Shown: positions 9,714 through 20,134, numbered from the stretch's first letter. The stretch is 53,668 nucleotides of DNA from a virus (IMGVR_UViG_3300043778_000094:1-53668); one strand, 5' to 3'. Translations and numbers: made by a program. Notes: generated by a model from the letters alone, not told the origin.

Positions 9714-10205
9714 ATGGCAGACGCATATCTTCCTGACAACCTCCCTGTTGGCACCGTCATCGCGGCGGTGACCGTCGTCATGTCGGACGGCAGCACCTTC
9801 ATCGGGGCCTTGAGCGCCGAGCCGGCTGACCTGGTGACCACGGCGGGCATGAACCTGGTTCTCGCCCGCGCCCTGACCCCGGCAGACGGCGGTGCTGATA
9901 CCTGGGAGGTCACCGCGACCCAGGACGGCTATTCGGCCACTGCCACACTCGATGTCGAGATTATCCCGATCCCGATCCTGGTCGAGTTCGACCCTCCCAC
10001 AGCAGAGCTGCCCGACAACGCCCAGGCAGGCACCCCGATCGCCACGGTCGCGGTCACCATGTCGGATGGCAGTCCCTTTGCTGGGAGCCTCAACGCCAGC
10101 CCTGCTGGCTTGGTGCGCATGGATGATTACGAGCTGGTCACCGCCAGGGCCTTGACCCCGGCAGACGTGGGCAACCAGACCTTTACGGTTACGACTGCGC
10201 CGTAA
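9714..10205 (+). CDS. Tandem two-domain Ig/cadherin-like virion protein
   Basis: Internal duplication LPDN..GT.IA.V.V.MSDGS.F.G.L...PA.LV......LV.ARALTPAD.G. Confidence 0.7.
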   Translation: MADAYLPDNLPVGTVIAAVTVVMSDGSTFIGALSAEPADLVTTAGMNLVLARALTPADGGADTWEVTATQDGYSATATLDVEIIPIPILVEFDPPTAELPDNAQAGTPIATVAVTMSDGSPFAGSLNASPAGLVRMDDYELVTARALTPADVGNQTFTVTTAP

Positions 10206-10206
10206 A

Positions 10207-11814
10207 ATGCCGATCGCGTTTGGCAATGCCACCGATCTCGGCAACAACGGCTTGTCGTTTATCGCCTCCGATCCTCCATTCATTGGGCCGCGCGCCGTAC
10301 ACACCGCGCCCCATACATTGGGGGTCGGAAGTAATGTTTTACTCGTCGCTGTCGAGGGTGCCTTTCCGCCAGTTGACGACATTACCAGCGTGACTTATGC
10401 GGGATATCCCCTAGTCGAATTAGCTAAATATGTACCGCGTGTCGAGGACAACCAGCGCTGTCTATACCTTTACGGGACGGTCGATCCGCCTACCGGAACC
10501 AATGATGTAATCGCCGAGTGCGCGGGTAATCATTATCTCGCGGTGCTGGCAATGGATTATTCCGGCGCCTCGGCGGCCGATATTTCAATAGCCAGAAATG
10601 TCGCTCCTCAAGGCTCGACGGAATTAACTACCACAATCAACGTTATTCAGCCGGATAGCTGGATTGCACTTCTGGAATCGGGTTACGACGAGGATGTGGC
10701 GCAGCCCGGCGTTGGCCTAGTTGGGCCGCGGACTTACGGCCAGCAATGGGGCTCGCCGTCATTTTTCGATAGCGGAGCAGGCGTCCCGGCTGGCGATTAC
10801 CAATTCACTACATACCGCACGCCGCCCCATGATACCTATCCGGGGATATTGCATCTTGCCATTGCCTTCGCGCCGGCTGACTCCACACCACCCGCGCCAG
10901 GGTTCAACCGCGCTGCCGATCTCGGGCACAACAATTTTATTTCGACGGTCTTGCGGGCGTCCTACACGCTCGGCGCCGGCAGCAATCTGTTGTTTGTCGC
11001 GTTTGTCGGCGACCCGGTGCGGGGCTTTACTTCGGGGGCGCTGCCGCAACTGCCGGCGCGACCCTCGCAGCCCTTGCCGGCAATAGATGATGTTCTTTGG
11101 GTACGGTGGGGCAGTCAAGACCTGTCGCTCGCGGCAAAGATTACAATGCCGCCCGAAGGCTGGCCGCCGGAAGTTACCGAACATGAACGGTGGGGATATA
11201 TTTATTATCTTGAAAACCCGCTGCCCGGTACGCAACAAATTGAAATACAATGCGCCACGGGGCAAAGCTTTATCGCCGCCGCCGCCGCCGATTATCGAGG
11301 CGCGCGGCTGACCGGCATCAACGCCTGGCGTCAGAACTTTTTCCCCTATGCGCAAGACGCGCCATTTACCACCGAGATTGATACGACCAGCCCGAATTGC
11401 TGGATATTTCTTTATACCGATCAGAACACCGACCCGCCTACCGAACCGCCGCCCGCGCCCGCAGACGATTCATGCGTGCTGCGCGTCGTCGGCGGCGGCT
11501 TTACAGCAGGGCCTAATCCAGGACCGTGGGGGCGGCCTGGGATATTCGACAGCAACGGTGTGGTTCCAGCCGGGACCTATGCCATATCGACCGCGCAGCA
11601 GAGCCGTTATCCCGGCACTGGCGTCGTCCATCTGGCGGTCGCGTTCGAGGTCGAGGCAGCAGCAGGTCCCCCGCTCCCCACGGTCAGTCTTGACCCTGCC
11701 CAGCATGCCGAGGTCACCAGCTCAGGCAGCCTGGCAGCGCGGGTGTTCCCCAGGCCGGTCGGGGTCAGCCTCGATCCTGCCACCTTCCCGCGCGTCGAGA
11801 TATCGAGCCGCTGA
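10207..11814 (+). CDS. Virion accessory protein with two tandem ~220-aa beta-rich repeats
   Basis: Duplicated DLG.N / TLG.GSN.L.VA / DY.GA / W.....WG.P..FDS...VPAG.Y / HLA.AF blocks. Confidence 0.75.
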   Translation: MPIAFGNATDLGNNGLSFIASDPPFIGPRAVHTAPHTLGVGSNVLLVAVEGAFPPVDDITSVTYAGYPLVELAKYVPRVEDNQRCLYLYGTVDPPTGTNDVIAECAGNHYLAVLAMDYSGASAADISIARNVAPQGSTELTTTINVIQPDSWIALLESGYDEDVAQPGVGLVGPRTYGQQWGSPSFFDSGAGVPAGDYQFTTYRTPPHDTYPGILHLAIAFAPADSTPPAPGFNRAADLGHNNFISTVLRASYTLGAGSNLLFVAFVGDPVRGFTSGALPQLPARPSQPLPAIDDVLWVRWGSQDLSLAAKITMPPEGWPPEVTEHERWGYIYYLENPLPGTQQIEIQCATGQSFIAAAAADYRGARLTGINAWRQNFFPYAQDAPFTTEIDTTSPNCWIFLYTDQNTDPPTEPPPAPADDSCVLRVVGGGFTAGPNPGPWGRPGIFDSNGVVPAGTYAISTAQQSRYPGTGVVHLAVAFEVEAAAGPPLPTVSLDPAQHAEVTSSGSLAARVFPRPVGVSLDPATFPRVEISSR

Positions 11815-11816
11815 CC

Positions 11817-12866
11817 ATGGCAAGCGGCACCATCACCGTTCGCATTTTCCCCGTCCCAGCCTCCCTGGGGCTCGCCCCAGCCGTCCATCCGCTGGAGGCA
11901 TCAGGAACCATCGCCGTCAACATCGGCGCTGGCGCGGGTCCCAGCGCGGTTGTGTTCGATCCTGTCGCCCATCCCCTGCCTGCCGCGCGCGCCGACCTCG
12001 CCGCGCGAATATTCGCCCGACCGCTCCTCGACCTGACGCCTGCGCCGCATGCCCTGGAAACCAGCAGCAGCCTGGTTGCGCGAGTGTTCCCCAGGCCGGC
12101 TGTCGGTCTGGCTCCAACGGTCCACCAGCTCCAGGCGTCAGCAAGTATTCAGGCTCGAGTGTTCCCCCGGCTCCTCGGCACCAGCCTGGCCATTCGCCAT
12201 CCCGCGATCCCCCAGGCGTTTGGCCGTATCGCGGTCGAGATCAATCCTGCTGTCCGCAAGTCGTATGTCGCGGCATTGCGCCAGGATACCGTCGAACGGC
12301 TGGCGCATTTGTCACAATTCCGCCGCGTGTTCGACAGCAGGCAGGCACAAATCAGCCGCGCCATGCTGCCGGCGATCCGGGTCTACGCCTCCCAAACCTC
12401 CGAAGGGCGCAGCATCAACATCCCAGACTTCCTGACGACCACGAACCTGGTTGTGCAGGTCATTGCCGATGATGTGACCGACGTGGGTTCGGCCGAGCGA
12501 GTCGACGAGCTGTGCGACGATGTAAAAGACTGGTTGCTCGGCGATCCCGAATGGCTGGTGAATTACGAGCGCATCGCTGGCATTACCACCGACATCGACC
12601 GCGACATCGAAGGCGAAAGCCGCACCACGGTTGCGACCATTACTTTCGCAATGACGATCAGCGAGTGGTACGAGCCGCGCGTACCTGACACGCTCGACAG
12701 GGTGGACATGAAAATCGACGTTATCCGCCCTGCGGCTGACCCGAATATTCGATATCCGGGACCAGATGGGCGCATCGAGGTCCACGGTCACTTCGAGCGG
12801 CCCATTCCTGCCCCCTGGCCGCCGTTGCCACGGCGGGGGGTGCCACAGTCCGAAAAGGGGAAATGA
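11817..12866 (+). CDS. Tail terminator/completion-like protein with N-terminal repeat extension
   Basis: Immediately before the sheath; C-terminal 'RRVFDSR....LPAIRVY' neck-type domain; N-terminal ARVFPRP repeats. Confidence 0.6.
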   Translation: MASGTITVRIFPVPASLGLAPAVHPLEASGTIAVNIGAGAGPSAVVFDPVAHPLPAARADLAARIFARPLLDLTPAPHALETSSSLVARVFPRPAVGLAPTVHQLQASASIQARVFPRLLGTSLAIRHPAIPQAFGRIAVEINPAVRKSYVAALRQDTVERLAHLSQFRRVFDSRQAQISRAMLPAIRVYASQTSEGRSINIPDFLTTTNLVVQVIADDVTDVGSAERVDELCDDVKDWLLGDPEWLVNYERIAGITTDIDRDIEGESRTTVATITFAMTISEWYEPRVPDTLDRVDMKIDVIRPAADPNIRYPGPDGRIEVHGHFERPIPAPWPPLPRRGVPQSEKGK

Positions 12867-14407
12867 CCATGCCGGTTTCCTTCGAGCGCATCCCAGCGAA
12901 TATCAGGGTGCCCCTGTTCTACGCGGAGGTTTCGAACCGCGAGGCGTCCTACCTCCAGACCCTCCAGCCGGCTCTGCTGATCGGTCCCATGCTGCCAGCA
13001 GGGGCAGCAACCCCCCTTGAGCCCGTCCTGGTGCGCGATGCTGGGGACGCCTTCGGCCTGTTTGGGGCAGGCTCGATCCTGGCTGACATGGTGGCAGCAT
13101 ACCGCCGCAACGACACTTATGGCACGATCTGGGCAATCCCCCATGTCGACGCCACGGCGGCGACCGCAGCCAGGCTCGTCATGATCATTGACGGGATTGC
13201 CACAGCACCAGGGACGATTGGCGTCTATGTCGCCGGCGACCGCTACCGGGTCACCGTCGCCAATGCTGACACGGCGCTGATCGTGGCAAATAAGCTCGCG
13301 GCCGCGATTGCCGCCGATCCCTTTGCCCTGGTCACTGCCGTAGCGATCCAGGACCCTGACACTCTGACCGCAGGGCGGGTTACCCTGACCAGCAAAAACA
13401 AGGGTGCTGTGACCAACGACATTAGGGTCGTGCTCAATTATCGCGGCCTGGCTGGAGGGGAGTCGACGCCAGCCGGCCTCGATATCGAGATGGGCGACTC
13501 CTCGCTCGACGCCCCCGGAGCTGGCCTGGCGGACCTGTCAACAGCTATCGCGGCCATGGCGGATGACGAATACGATTTTATCTCGATGCCGTACACCGAC
13601 AGCGCGGCACTCGATGCCCTGGCCGAGGCCCTGGACGACGTGACCGGGCGGTGGGCCTGGAACCGCCAGATTTACGGCCATGCCTTCTGTGCCCGGATGG
13701 GAACCTACTCGCAATTGCAGGCATTTGGGGTTGCCAGGAATGACCCTCACGTCTCGGTGCTGGGATTTGCTGTCAGCCCCACGGTGAGCTGGCGGCGCGC
13801 CGCCGCTCTGTGCGCCCAGGCCGCGACCTCGCTGCGCATCGACCCGGCCAGGCCGCTGCAAACCCTGCCCCTGGTGGGGGCGTTGGCACCGCGCCGGGGC
13901 GACCGCTTCGGCATGCCGCAGCGCAATACCCTGCTCTATTCGGGGGTTGCCACCGAGATGGAGTCAGGGGGCGCGGTGGCGATCGAGCGTTGCGTGACAA
14001 CTTACCAGCGCAATGTCTGGAACCAGCCCGACCCCAGCTATCTGGACGTGCAGACCTTGGCGACCCTGACCTATATCATTCGCTTTCTGCGCATCCGCAT
14101 CCTCCAGAAATTCCCCAGGCACAAGCTGGCCAATGATGGGACCCCGTTCGGGCTCGGCCAGGCGATCGTTACCCCGCGCATCATCCGCGCAGAGCTGATC
14201 GCGGCCTATTCGGAGCTGATCGAGCAAGGCATTGCCGAGAACATGGAGGCGTTTAAGCAATTCCTTGTCGTCGAGCGCGACCCCAACGACCCGAATCGGG
14301 TCAATGTCCTGCTGCCTCCAGACCTTGTGAACCAGCTCAGGATTTTCGCCATGCTCGTGGAATTTCGCCTCAGATATGCGGCCAGTGCGACCGCTGCGGC
14401 AGCCTGA
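12863..14407 (+). CDS. Tail sheath protein (Mu gpL-like)
   Basis: IPANIRVPLFYAE, FGAGSILADM, DPARPLQTL, KFPRHKLA and PPDLVNQLRIFA motifs. Confidence 0.95.
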   Translation: MTMPVSFERIPANIRVPLFYAEVSNREASYLQTLQPALLIGPMLPAGAATPLEPVLVRDAGDAFGLFGAGSILADMVAAYRRNDTYGTIWAIPHVDATAATAARLVMIIDGIATAPGTIGVYVAGDRYRVTVANADTALIVANKLAAAIAADPFALVTAVAIQDPDTLTAGRVTLTSKNKGAVTNDIRVVLNYRGLAGGESTPAGLDIEMGDSSLDAPGAGLADLSTAIAAMADDEYDFISMPYTDSAALDALAEALDDVTGRWAWNRQIYGHAFCARMGTYSQLQAFGVARNDPHVSVLGFAVSPTVSWRRAAALCAQAATSLRIDPARPLQTLPLVGALAPRRGDRFGMPQRNTLLYSGVATEMESGGAVAIERCVTTYQRNVWNQPDPSYLDVQTLATLTYIIRFLRIRILQKFPRHKLANDGTPFGLGQAIVTPRIIRAELIAAYSELIEQGIAENMEAFKQFLVVERDPNDPNRVNVLLPPDLVNQLRIFAMLVEFRLRYAASATAAAA

Positions 14408-14409
14408 CA

Positions 14410-14598
14410 ATGGACCTGCTCATAATCATCATCCTGCTGGTGATCCTGTTCGGGGGCGGGGGCTATTACTACCGCGGCGGCTATCACCAGCAAGGCGGAC
14501 CCTACGGCATTGTCCCAATCCTCGTGGTGATCCTGATCGTCGTCGTGATCCTGGGGTTGCTGGGGGGGCGCTTCGGCTACTACCACGTCGTTTTTTGA
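14410..14598 (+). CDS. Small two-TM membrane protein (DUF3309-like)
   Basis: Two hydrophobic segments flanking a Gly/Tyr-rich linker (LFGGGGYYYRGGY). Confidence 0.7.
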   Translation: MDLLIIIILLVILFGGGGYYYRGGYHQQGGPYGIVPILVVILIVVVILGLLGGRFGYYHVVF

Positions 14599-14610
14599 GG
14601 AGGTCACACC

Positions 14611-14976
14611 ATGCCAGCCCGCCGCGTTGCCGGGGTCGCCTACGTCTATGTGGACGGCCAGCAATACCCTCTGAGGGGAAACCTTACTGTCAGCATCGAC
14701 ACCATCGAGCGCGAAGGCATTCCTGGCCAGGACGCCATTCACGGCTACATCGAGCGGCCGCGCGTGCCCTTCATCGAGGGGGATTTCTCCGACTTGAATG
14801 GGCTCTCGCTGGTGGCGCTCCAGCGCATGGACGATGTGACCGTGACGGCTGAGCTGGCCAACGGGAAACAATACATCCTGCGCAATAGCTGGACCTCGAC
14901 CGCGCGCGAGTTCAACGCGGCAGACGGCCAGGCAACCGTGCGCTGGGAAGGCATGGCAGGGGAGGAGGTCCTTTAA
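14611..14976 (+). CDS. Tail tube protein (Mu gpM-like)
   Basis: AGVAYVYVDGQQYPL..HGY.E.P.VPFIEG..TVTAELANGKQY; GAGGAGG SD. Confidence 0.92.
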   Translation: MPARRVAGVAYVYVDGQQYPLRGNLTVSIDTIEREGIPGQDAIHGYIERPRVPFIEGDFSDLNGLSLVALQRMDDVTVTAELANGKQYILRNSWTSTAREFNAADGQATVRWEGMAGEEVL

Positions 14977-15315
14977 ATGGCCACAACCATCGAGCTGCGA
15001 ACGCCGATCCAGGCGCATGGTGAGGAGCGCAGGGCAATCGAGCTGCGGGACATAACCCCAGCCGACATCAACACATGCGGCTACCCCTTCAGGGGGGATG
15101 GCACAATCGAGACAACCGCCATCAGCGCCCTGATTTCACGTCTGGGCAACATCCCGCCGTCATCGGTCAACCAGCTCACAATCCGGGACTGGAATGCTTG
15201 CATGCTGGTGATATTCAGTTTTTTCGGGGACCAGGAGGGGGACAACAACAGCGGATCGTCGAACGCGCCTTCGACCTCGCCTTTATCTGGAAATGGCACC
15301 CTCGAACCGCATTAG
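14977..15315 (+). CDS. Tail assembly chaperone (gpG/gpE-like)
   Basis: IELRTPIQAHGE..IPPSSVNQL..D motif; lies between tube and tape measure. Confidence 0.85.
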   Translation: MATTIELRTPIQAHGEERRAIELRDITPADINTCGYPFRGDGTIETTAISALISRLGNIPPSSVNQLTIRDWNACMLVIFSFFGDQEGDNNSGSSNAPSTSPLSGNGTLEPH

Positions 15316-15410
15316 AGCTGACCCTCGACGAACTGGTTTTTTACGAGAACCAGACGCAACGCATAATGGAGGAGCTGGAGCGCAGCAACCCCGATGGCCG
15401 ACAAAATTGA
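15219..15410 (+). CDS. -1 frameshift extension of the tail chaperone (gpGT/E+E'-like)
   Basis: Slippery T TTT TTC at 15219-15225; the -1 frame encodes 'DLAFIWKWHP..ALELTLDEL', like P2 E'. Confidence 0.75.
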   Translation, partial: FFRGPGGGQQQRIVERAFDLAFIWKWHPRTALELTLDELVFYENQTQRIMEELERSNPDGRQN

Positions 15411-17493
15411 CATTTCAGCGATTGCCCGCGTCATTGACCAGACCACTGGTCCGATGCGCAAGATCACCGGCAGCATTCAGACTGCCGGCAAGGCCGCGAC
15501 CACGACCGGGGGCGCGTTCTTCAAGCTCAATGCGTTCAAGTTCGGTGGGCTGACAGCCGGCATTCGCGGGGTCGGCCAGTCTCTCGGCGGCCTGTTCTCC
15601 CAGGTCACCAGACTGCTCGGGCCCTTGACCGCGATGGCGGGGATCGCCGGCCTGGGCGGCGCGGTCGCGGGCATGAAAAGCTATATTGACACTGCCGACA
15701 AGCTGGGCAAAACCGCGCGCCGCTTTGGCACCACCGCTGAATACCTCCAGCAGTTCAATTATGTCGCGGAGCGGTCTGGGGTCGACGCCTCGGTTGCCCA
15801 GGACGCGCTGGGCAAATTCATGAAAACCCTGGGCACCGCCAGCAAAGGGGGCAAGGCGGCAAAGGACCTCATCCCGCTGCTGGGGAAAATGGGGATTTCG
15901 ATGCAGGAAATAAAAGCCGGGGACTTGGCTTCGATCCTGCCCAAGGTCGCGGAGGGATTTAAAAAGAACGTCAACCCGGTATTGCGCAACGACGTGGCGA
16001 TCAAGTTGTTCGGGAAGTCTGGCGGCAAACTAATCGACATGTTTGCCCAGGGCAAAATCAGCATGCAAGAGCTGATGCAGGAAGCGGTCAAACTCGGGAT
16101 CATTACCACCGAGGAAACCAAACAGGCCGAGGCCGCAGCAGATGCCTGGCTCGACTTCACCAAATCAATCACTGGCGTTAAAAACGCGATTTACGCGGAA
16201 TTTTTGCCAGCGGTCGAGCCGGTTCTAAAGGCAATGAAGGAATGGGTGCTCGAAAATAAGAAAGTCATCAAGGAGGAGGTCACCAAATTTGTGACCAAAC
16301 TCGGTGAAATCCTGAAGTCGATTAATTGGAAAGCGATTTACGAGGGGGTCAAGTCCTTTGGCAAGGGCTTGGATTGGGTCGCAAAGAAGATCGGCGGCTG
16401 GGAGAATGTCATGGTCGCCGCGGTTATTTTCATGAACCGCAATTTTGTCCTTGCGGTCGCCAATGTCGTCAAGCATCTGGTGCTGCTCGGTGCCACCATG
16501 GCCGCGCAGATTGCCACTGCTGGGGGCTTTACCGGGGCCGCTGCTGCCATCAAGGCGTTTTCGGCCGCCTTCGCGGCAACCCCGATCGGCTTGATTATCG
16601 CGCTGGCTGCTGCAATCGGCTTCCTGGGTTATTCGATGTGGGAGGCGCGCGAGGACATTGCGAAAGCCTGGGATGATGCCGGTAAAACGATCGACAAGGG
16701 CGCTAAGCTGGTGGCGGCCAATGTCAAGGAAGCGGCCGATGACCTGCCCGACTCCTGGGGCGATGCCTGGGATCGAATGACGGCGACGGCAGGCACGATC
16801 TGGAGTGAGCTGTCAGCGAGCGCAAAATCTGGAATGGCTCTGGTCAAGGGCAATATCGCCGATGCCAGTCAGGGGATTGGCGAGGACCTGAGCACAGCCT
16901 GGCAGGCTGTCAAAACCGCCTGGGGTCCGGTGGGGACCTGGTTCGGGGAGAAGTGGACCGAGGCTAAAGCAGAGTTTGACACTGCAAAAACCTGGCTCGG
17001 CACATTTGAGGGGGATTTCATCCCAGGACCGATCAAAACTGCCTGGGCTGACCTCAAGGCATGGTTTGGCAATCTGCTAAGCGGCGTCGTCGGAGTGTTT
17101 CAGTGGGCCTGGGGCATCATCGAGCCGATCATCTCGGCAGTCGCTGCCGGGGTCGGCAAAATCACTGGTGCGATCAGCACGGTCGGCGGCCTGGCTGGCG
17201 GTGCAATCCAAGGAGTCAAAGATTTCTTCGGCGGCGGCGGTCAGGCTGCCCCTGCTGCTGCCCCTGGGGCTGTTGCTGCCCCTGCGGATGGCGGATCCCT
17301 GCTCCAGGGAGCGAAGCGCGCTGGGGTCGCGGGAGGTCAGCAACAAACTGCCAGAGTCGAGGGTGAAGTCCAGACGAATATCAAGATCGAAACGGTCGGC
17401 GACATCAAGGCGACCGCGACCACTCGGGATCGCGGCATGGCCAGTTCGAATGTCGAGGTCGGGCGTTCGATGCCAGGGCTGGCGGCAGGATGA
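15394..17493 (+). CDS. Tape measure protein
   Basis: 699 aa, Ala/Gly-rich helical sequence with Trp-spaced repeats; position after the chaperones. Confidence 0.9.
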   Translation: MADKIDISAIARVIDQTTGPMRKITGSIQTAGKAATTTGGAFFKLNAFKFGGLTAGIRGVGQSLGGLFSQVTRLLGPLTAMAGIAGLGGAVAGMKSYIDTADKLGKTARRFGTTAEYLQQFNYVAERSGVDASVAQDALGKFMKTLGTASKGGKAAKDLIPLLGKMGISMQEIKAGDLASILPKVAEGFKKNVNPVLRNDVAIKLFGKSGGKLIDMFAQGKISMQELMQEAVKLGIITTEETKQAEAAADAWLDFTKSITGVKNAIYAEFLPAVEPVLKAMKEWVLENKKVIKEEVTKFVTKLGEILKSINWKAIYEGVKSFGKGLDWVAKKIGGWENVMVAAVIFMNRNFVLAVANVVKHLVLLGATMAAQIATAGGFTGAAAAIKAFSAAFAATPIGLIIALAAAIGFLGYSMWEAREDIAKAWDDAGKTIDKGAKLVAANVKEAADDLPDSWGDAWDRMTATAGTIWSELSASAKSGMALVKGNIADASQGIGEDLSTAWQAVKTAWGPVGTWFGEKWTEAKAEFDTAKTWLGTFEGDFIPGPIKTAWADLKAWFGNLLSGVVGVFQWAWGIIEPIISAVAAGVGKITGAISTVGGLAGGAIQGVKDFFGGGGQAAPAAAPGAVAAPADGGSLLQGAKRAGVAGGQQQTARVEGEVQTNIKIETVGDIKATATTRDRGMASSNVEVGRSMPGLAAG

Positions 17494-18773
17494 GCGGCTG
17501 GCGCACCCGGCTTAGGCCGGCATCGTTCCGCGGTGCCAGATTCTACGTTGACACCGTCAACACCGAGACTGGTCGACGCTGGGCCGATCACGAATACCCG
17601 GCGCGCAACACTCCGTTCGCTGAGGATTTGGGGCGCAGTCAGAGGGTCTGGCGGTTCACCGGCTACACCATCGGCGACGACTTCCTGGCCGCGCGTGACC
17701 GCTTGATCGAAGCATGCGAGGAGGATGGGCACGGCGAACTTGTTCACCCCACGCTCGGCACGTTGCAGGCGGCATGCCGTGTCGTCACGGCGACAGAAGA
17801 GCGCGAGCGCGGCCGGTTCTGCTCGCTCGCCATGGAATTCGCCGAGGCGGGGTCTGTCCGCGAGCCGACCCAGGACGCCGACCCTGACCTGGCGGTGGGG
17901 GATGCAGCAGGGGGGCTGAGCAATGCCGCCATGCCCAATTTTGCCGGCCTGTTCTCTGTCGGCGGCGCGGGACCCTGGGTCGCGGATACGGCGATCGCCG
18001 ACGTGCGCAACATTTCCGATGGGCTGCGCATGTTGCGCCTGCCCCCTGGGGACCTGCCACAGACCCCCCTGATAACCGCGCTGGATTATCTCAGCGTCCA
18101 GGCCCCCTCGCTTGTGGGCGATCCCAGGGCCTTGGCAGACGCACTCGATCGGACCTTTGCCGCCTTCACCGATGCAGGGGAGGCTGGCCCGGTCGTGGGT
18201 GCCATGCTGACCATGGCCACGGAATGGCGCTCCTCGGCGCCGCGCGGCTCGGGAGGCTTCCAGCCGCTCGCCCCTGAGCACCCCGACGTCGCCCCAGACC
18301 GACCGCGCCATCTGCTCAACCCCTACGCCACGCCGCGTATCCTCTCGCTGCCCAGCCAGCGCGCCCAGAACGCCGCCGCGATGGAAGCCTTCGTCGCGGA
18401 GCTGGCCTTGCGGGAAATCGGTTACTCGATCACCGGCATGGCATTCGACAACTACGACCAGGCGATCGAGGTCCGCCAGGCAGTCGGCCAGGTTTTCATC
18501 GCGATTGAGCAGCAGACCGCCGATGCTGGGCAGGATGACGTGTTCAGCGCGCTGGCAGAATTGCGCCACGCCATCAATGCCATGATCATGATGCGGGCTG
18601 CGAGCCTCAACCCGCTGGTGACCTATCGCACCCTGGCCACAGCCAACTCGATCACCTTGGCCTGGCGGATGTACCAGAGCACTGCCCGCGACCTCGAAAT
18701 TTGCGATCGGGTGACGGCGCGCAATCCCGCCTTCCTGCCGAGCACCGGGCGCATTCTGGCGGCTGGGCAATGA
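17490..18773 (+). CDS. DNA circularization / tail hub protein (Mu gpN-like)
   Basis: WRTRLRPASFRGARFYV..GRR..HEYP..EDLG..GELVHPTLG. Confidence 0.92.
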   Translation: MSGWRTRLRPASFRGARFYVDTVNTETGRRWADHEYPARNTPFAEDLGRSQRVWRFTGYTIGDDFLAARDRLIEACEEDGHGELVHPTLGTLQAACRVVTATEERERGRFCSLAMEFAEAGSVREPTQDADPDLAVGDAAGGLSNAAMPNFAGLFSVGGAGPWVADTAIADVRNISDGLRMLRLPPGDLPQTPLITALDYLSVQAPSLVGDPRALADALDRTFAAFTDAGEAGPVVGAMLTMATEWRSSAPRGSGGFQPLAPEHPDVAPDRPRHLLNPYATPRILSLPSQRAQNAAAMEAFVAELALREIGYSITGMAFDNYDQAIEVRQAVGQVFIAIEQQTADAGQDDVFSALAELRHAINAMIMMRAASLNPLVTYRTLATANSITLAWRMYQSTARDLEICDRVTARNPAFLPSTGRILAAGQ

Positions 18774-20134
18774 GCGAAGTTCGCACCCCTGCCAGGCCGA
18801 GCAGCCGTGGCACCAGCCAGCAGAGCCGCGAGGCGCGCGAGGCACCTTTCAGCCTGCTGGTGTCAGGCGAGCACTATGCCGGCTGGAAAACCCTGAGGGT
18901 TACGCGCGGCCTGGAGCGCGCCACCGGGGATTTTGAGCTGACTGTCAGCGAACGCTGGTCGCTCGAAGAGGACATTTGGCAAATCACCCCAGGCGAGTCT
19001 TGCGAAATCCAGCTTGGCGGTGAAACCGTGCTGACTGGCTGGGTTGACAAATACGGACCCAGCTACGACGCCAATTCGCACTCGATCAGTCTAAGCGGCC
19101 GCTCGAAAACCTGTGACCTGGTGGATTGCTCCATTACCGTTGACGGGGGGCAGTTCAAGGGGATGACGGTCGGCCAGATTGCCCGCATTCTGGCGCAGCC
19201 GTTTGGGGTCGAGGTCGTGGTGAACACCCAGACCCCGCCCGAGCCCGAGGTCCAGGTCCAGCAGGGGGAGACGTGTTTTGCGCTTATCGAGCGGCTGTCG
19301 CGTGTGCACGAGCTTCTGGTCACTGACGACGCGCTGGGGCGACTGGTTCTCACGCGCGCCGGCTCCGGTCGTGCGACCACCAATCTTATACATGGGGAAA
19401 ACATTCTCAGTGCCTCAGCGGACCTCGACAACAGCAAGCGATTTTCAGACTACATCGTCAAAGCGCAAAGGCCGGGTAACAGGACCAAAGACGGGGGGCC
19501 GATAGATCAAGACTGGGGCGGGGGCGGCGATGGCGGCTGGCAGCCGAGCCTGGTGGAGCAAGTCCGCCAGCTCCGCAACATCCCCAATATCTCGGCGCGC
19601 TATCGCGAGCGCATGCGCATCCAGGCACAGGCCGCAGCCGCCAAGTCACCAGGCAAGACCGCGCCCAAGACGCTGACCCAGATTGTCGGGCGCGCCAAAG
19701 ATGCCGGGGTCACCAGATACCGCCCGCATGTCATCGTGGCGGAAAAGCAGGCTGATGATGCCGCTGCAGCGCAACGCGCCGATTGGGAGATGCGCCGGCG
19801 CGTCGGCCAGGCGCTCAAGGTGACGGTCGGCGTCCAGGGCTGGCGGCAGGAAGATGGGAAGCTATGGGCAACCAACGACCTGGTCTGGGTCGAGGCTCCC
19901 TGGCTGTCGCTGTCGCATGAACTGATCATCGGTGAGGTCCAATTCAGCTACGACGACGGCGGCGAATTCACTGAGCTGGGCTTGACTCTGCCCGATGCTT
20001 TTCTGCCCGACCCCTCGAAACGCAAGGGGAAAAAGGACCCAGCCAAAGGGAAAAAGGGCGGCGGCAAAGGCGGCAAAGGCAAGAAAAAGGGCGGCGGCGG
20101 TGACCCCTATGCAGGATGGCAGCCAACATCATGA
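18770..20134 (+). CDS. Baseplate hub protein (Mu gpP-like)
   Basis: GWKTLRVTRGLE, GRSKTCDLVDCS, QQGETCF and RFSDYIVK motifs; Lys/Gly-rich C-terminus. Confidence 0.9.
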   Translation: MSEVRTPARPSSRGTSQQSREAREAPFSLLVSGEHYAGWKTLRVTRGLERATGDFELTVSERWSLEEDIWQITPGESCEIQLGGETVLTGWVDKYGPSYDANSHSISLSGRSKTCDLVDCSITVDGGQFKGMTVGQIARILAQPFGVEVVVNTQTPPEPEVQVQQGETCFALIERLSRVHELLVTDDALGRLVLTRAGSGRATTNLIHGENILSASADLDNSKRFSDYIVKAQRPGNRTKDGGPIDQDWGGGGDGGWQPSLVEQVRQLRNIPNISARYRERMRIQAQAAAAKSPGKTAPKTLTQIVGRAKDAGVTRYRPHVIVAEKQADDAAAAQRADWEMRRRVGQALKVTVGVQGWRQEDGKLWATNDLVWVEAPWLSLSHELIIGEVQFSYDDGGEFTELGLTLPDAFLPDPSKRKGKKDPAKGKKGGGKGGKGKKKGGGGDPYAGWQPTS

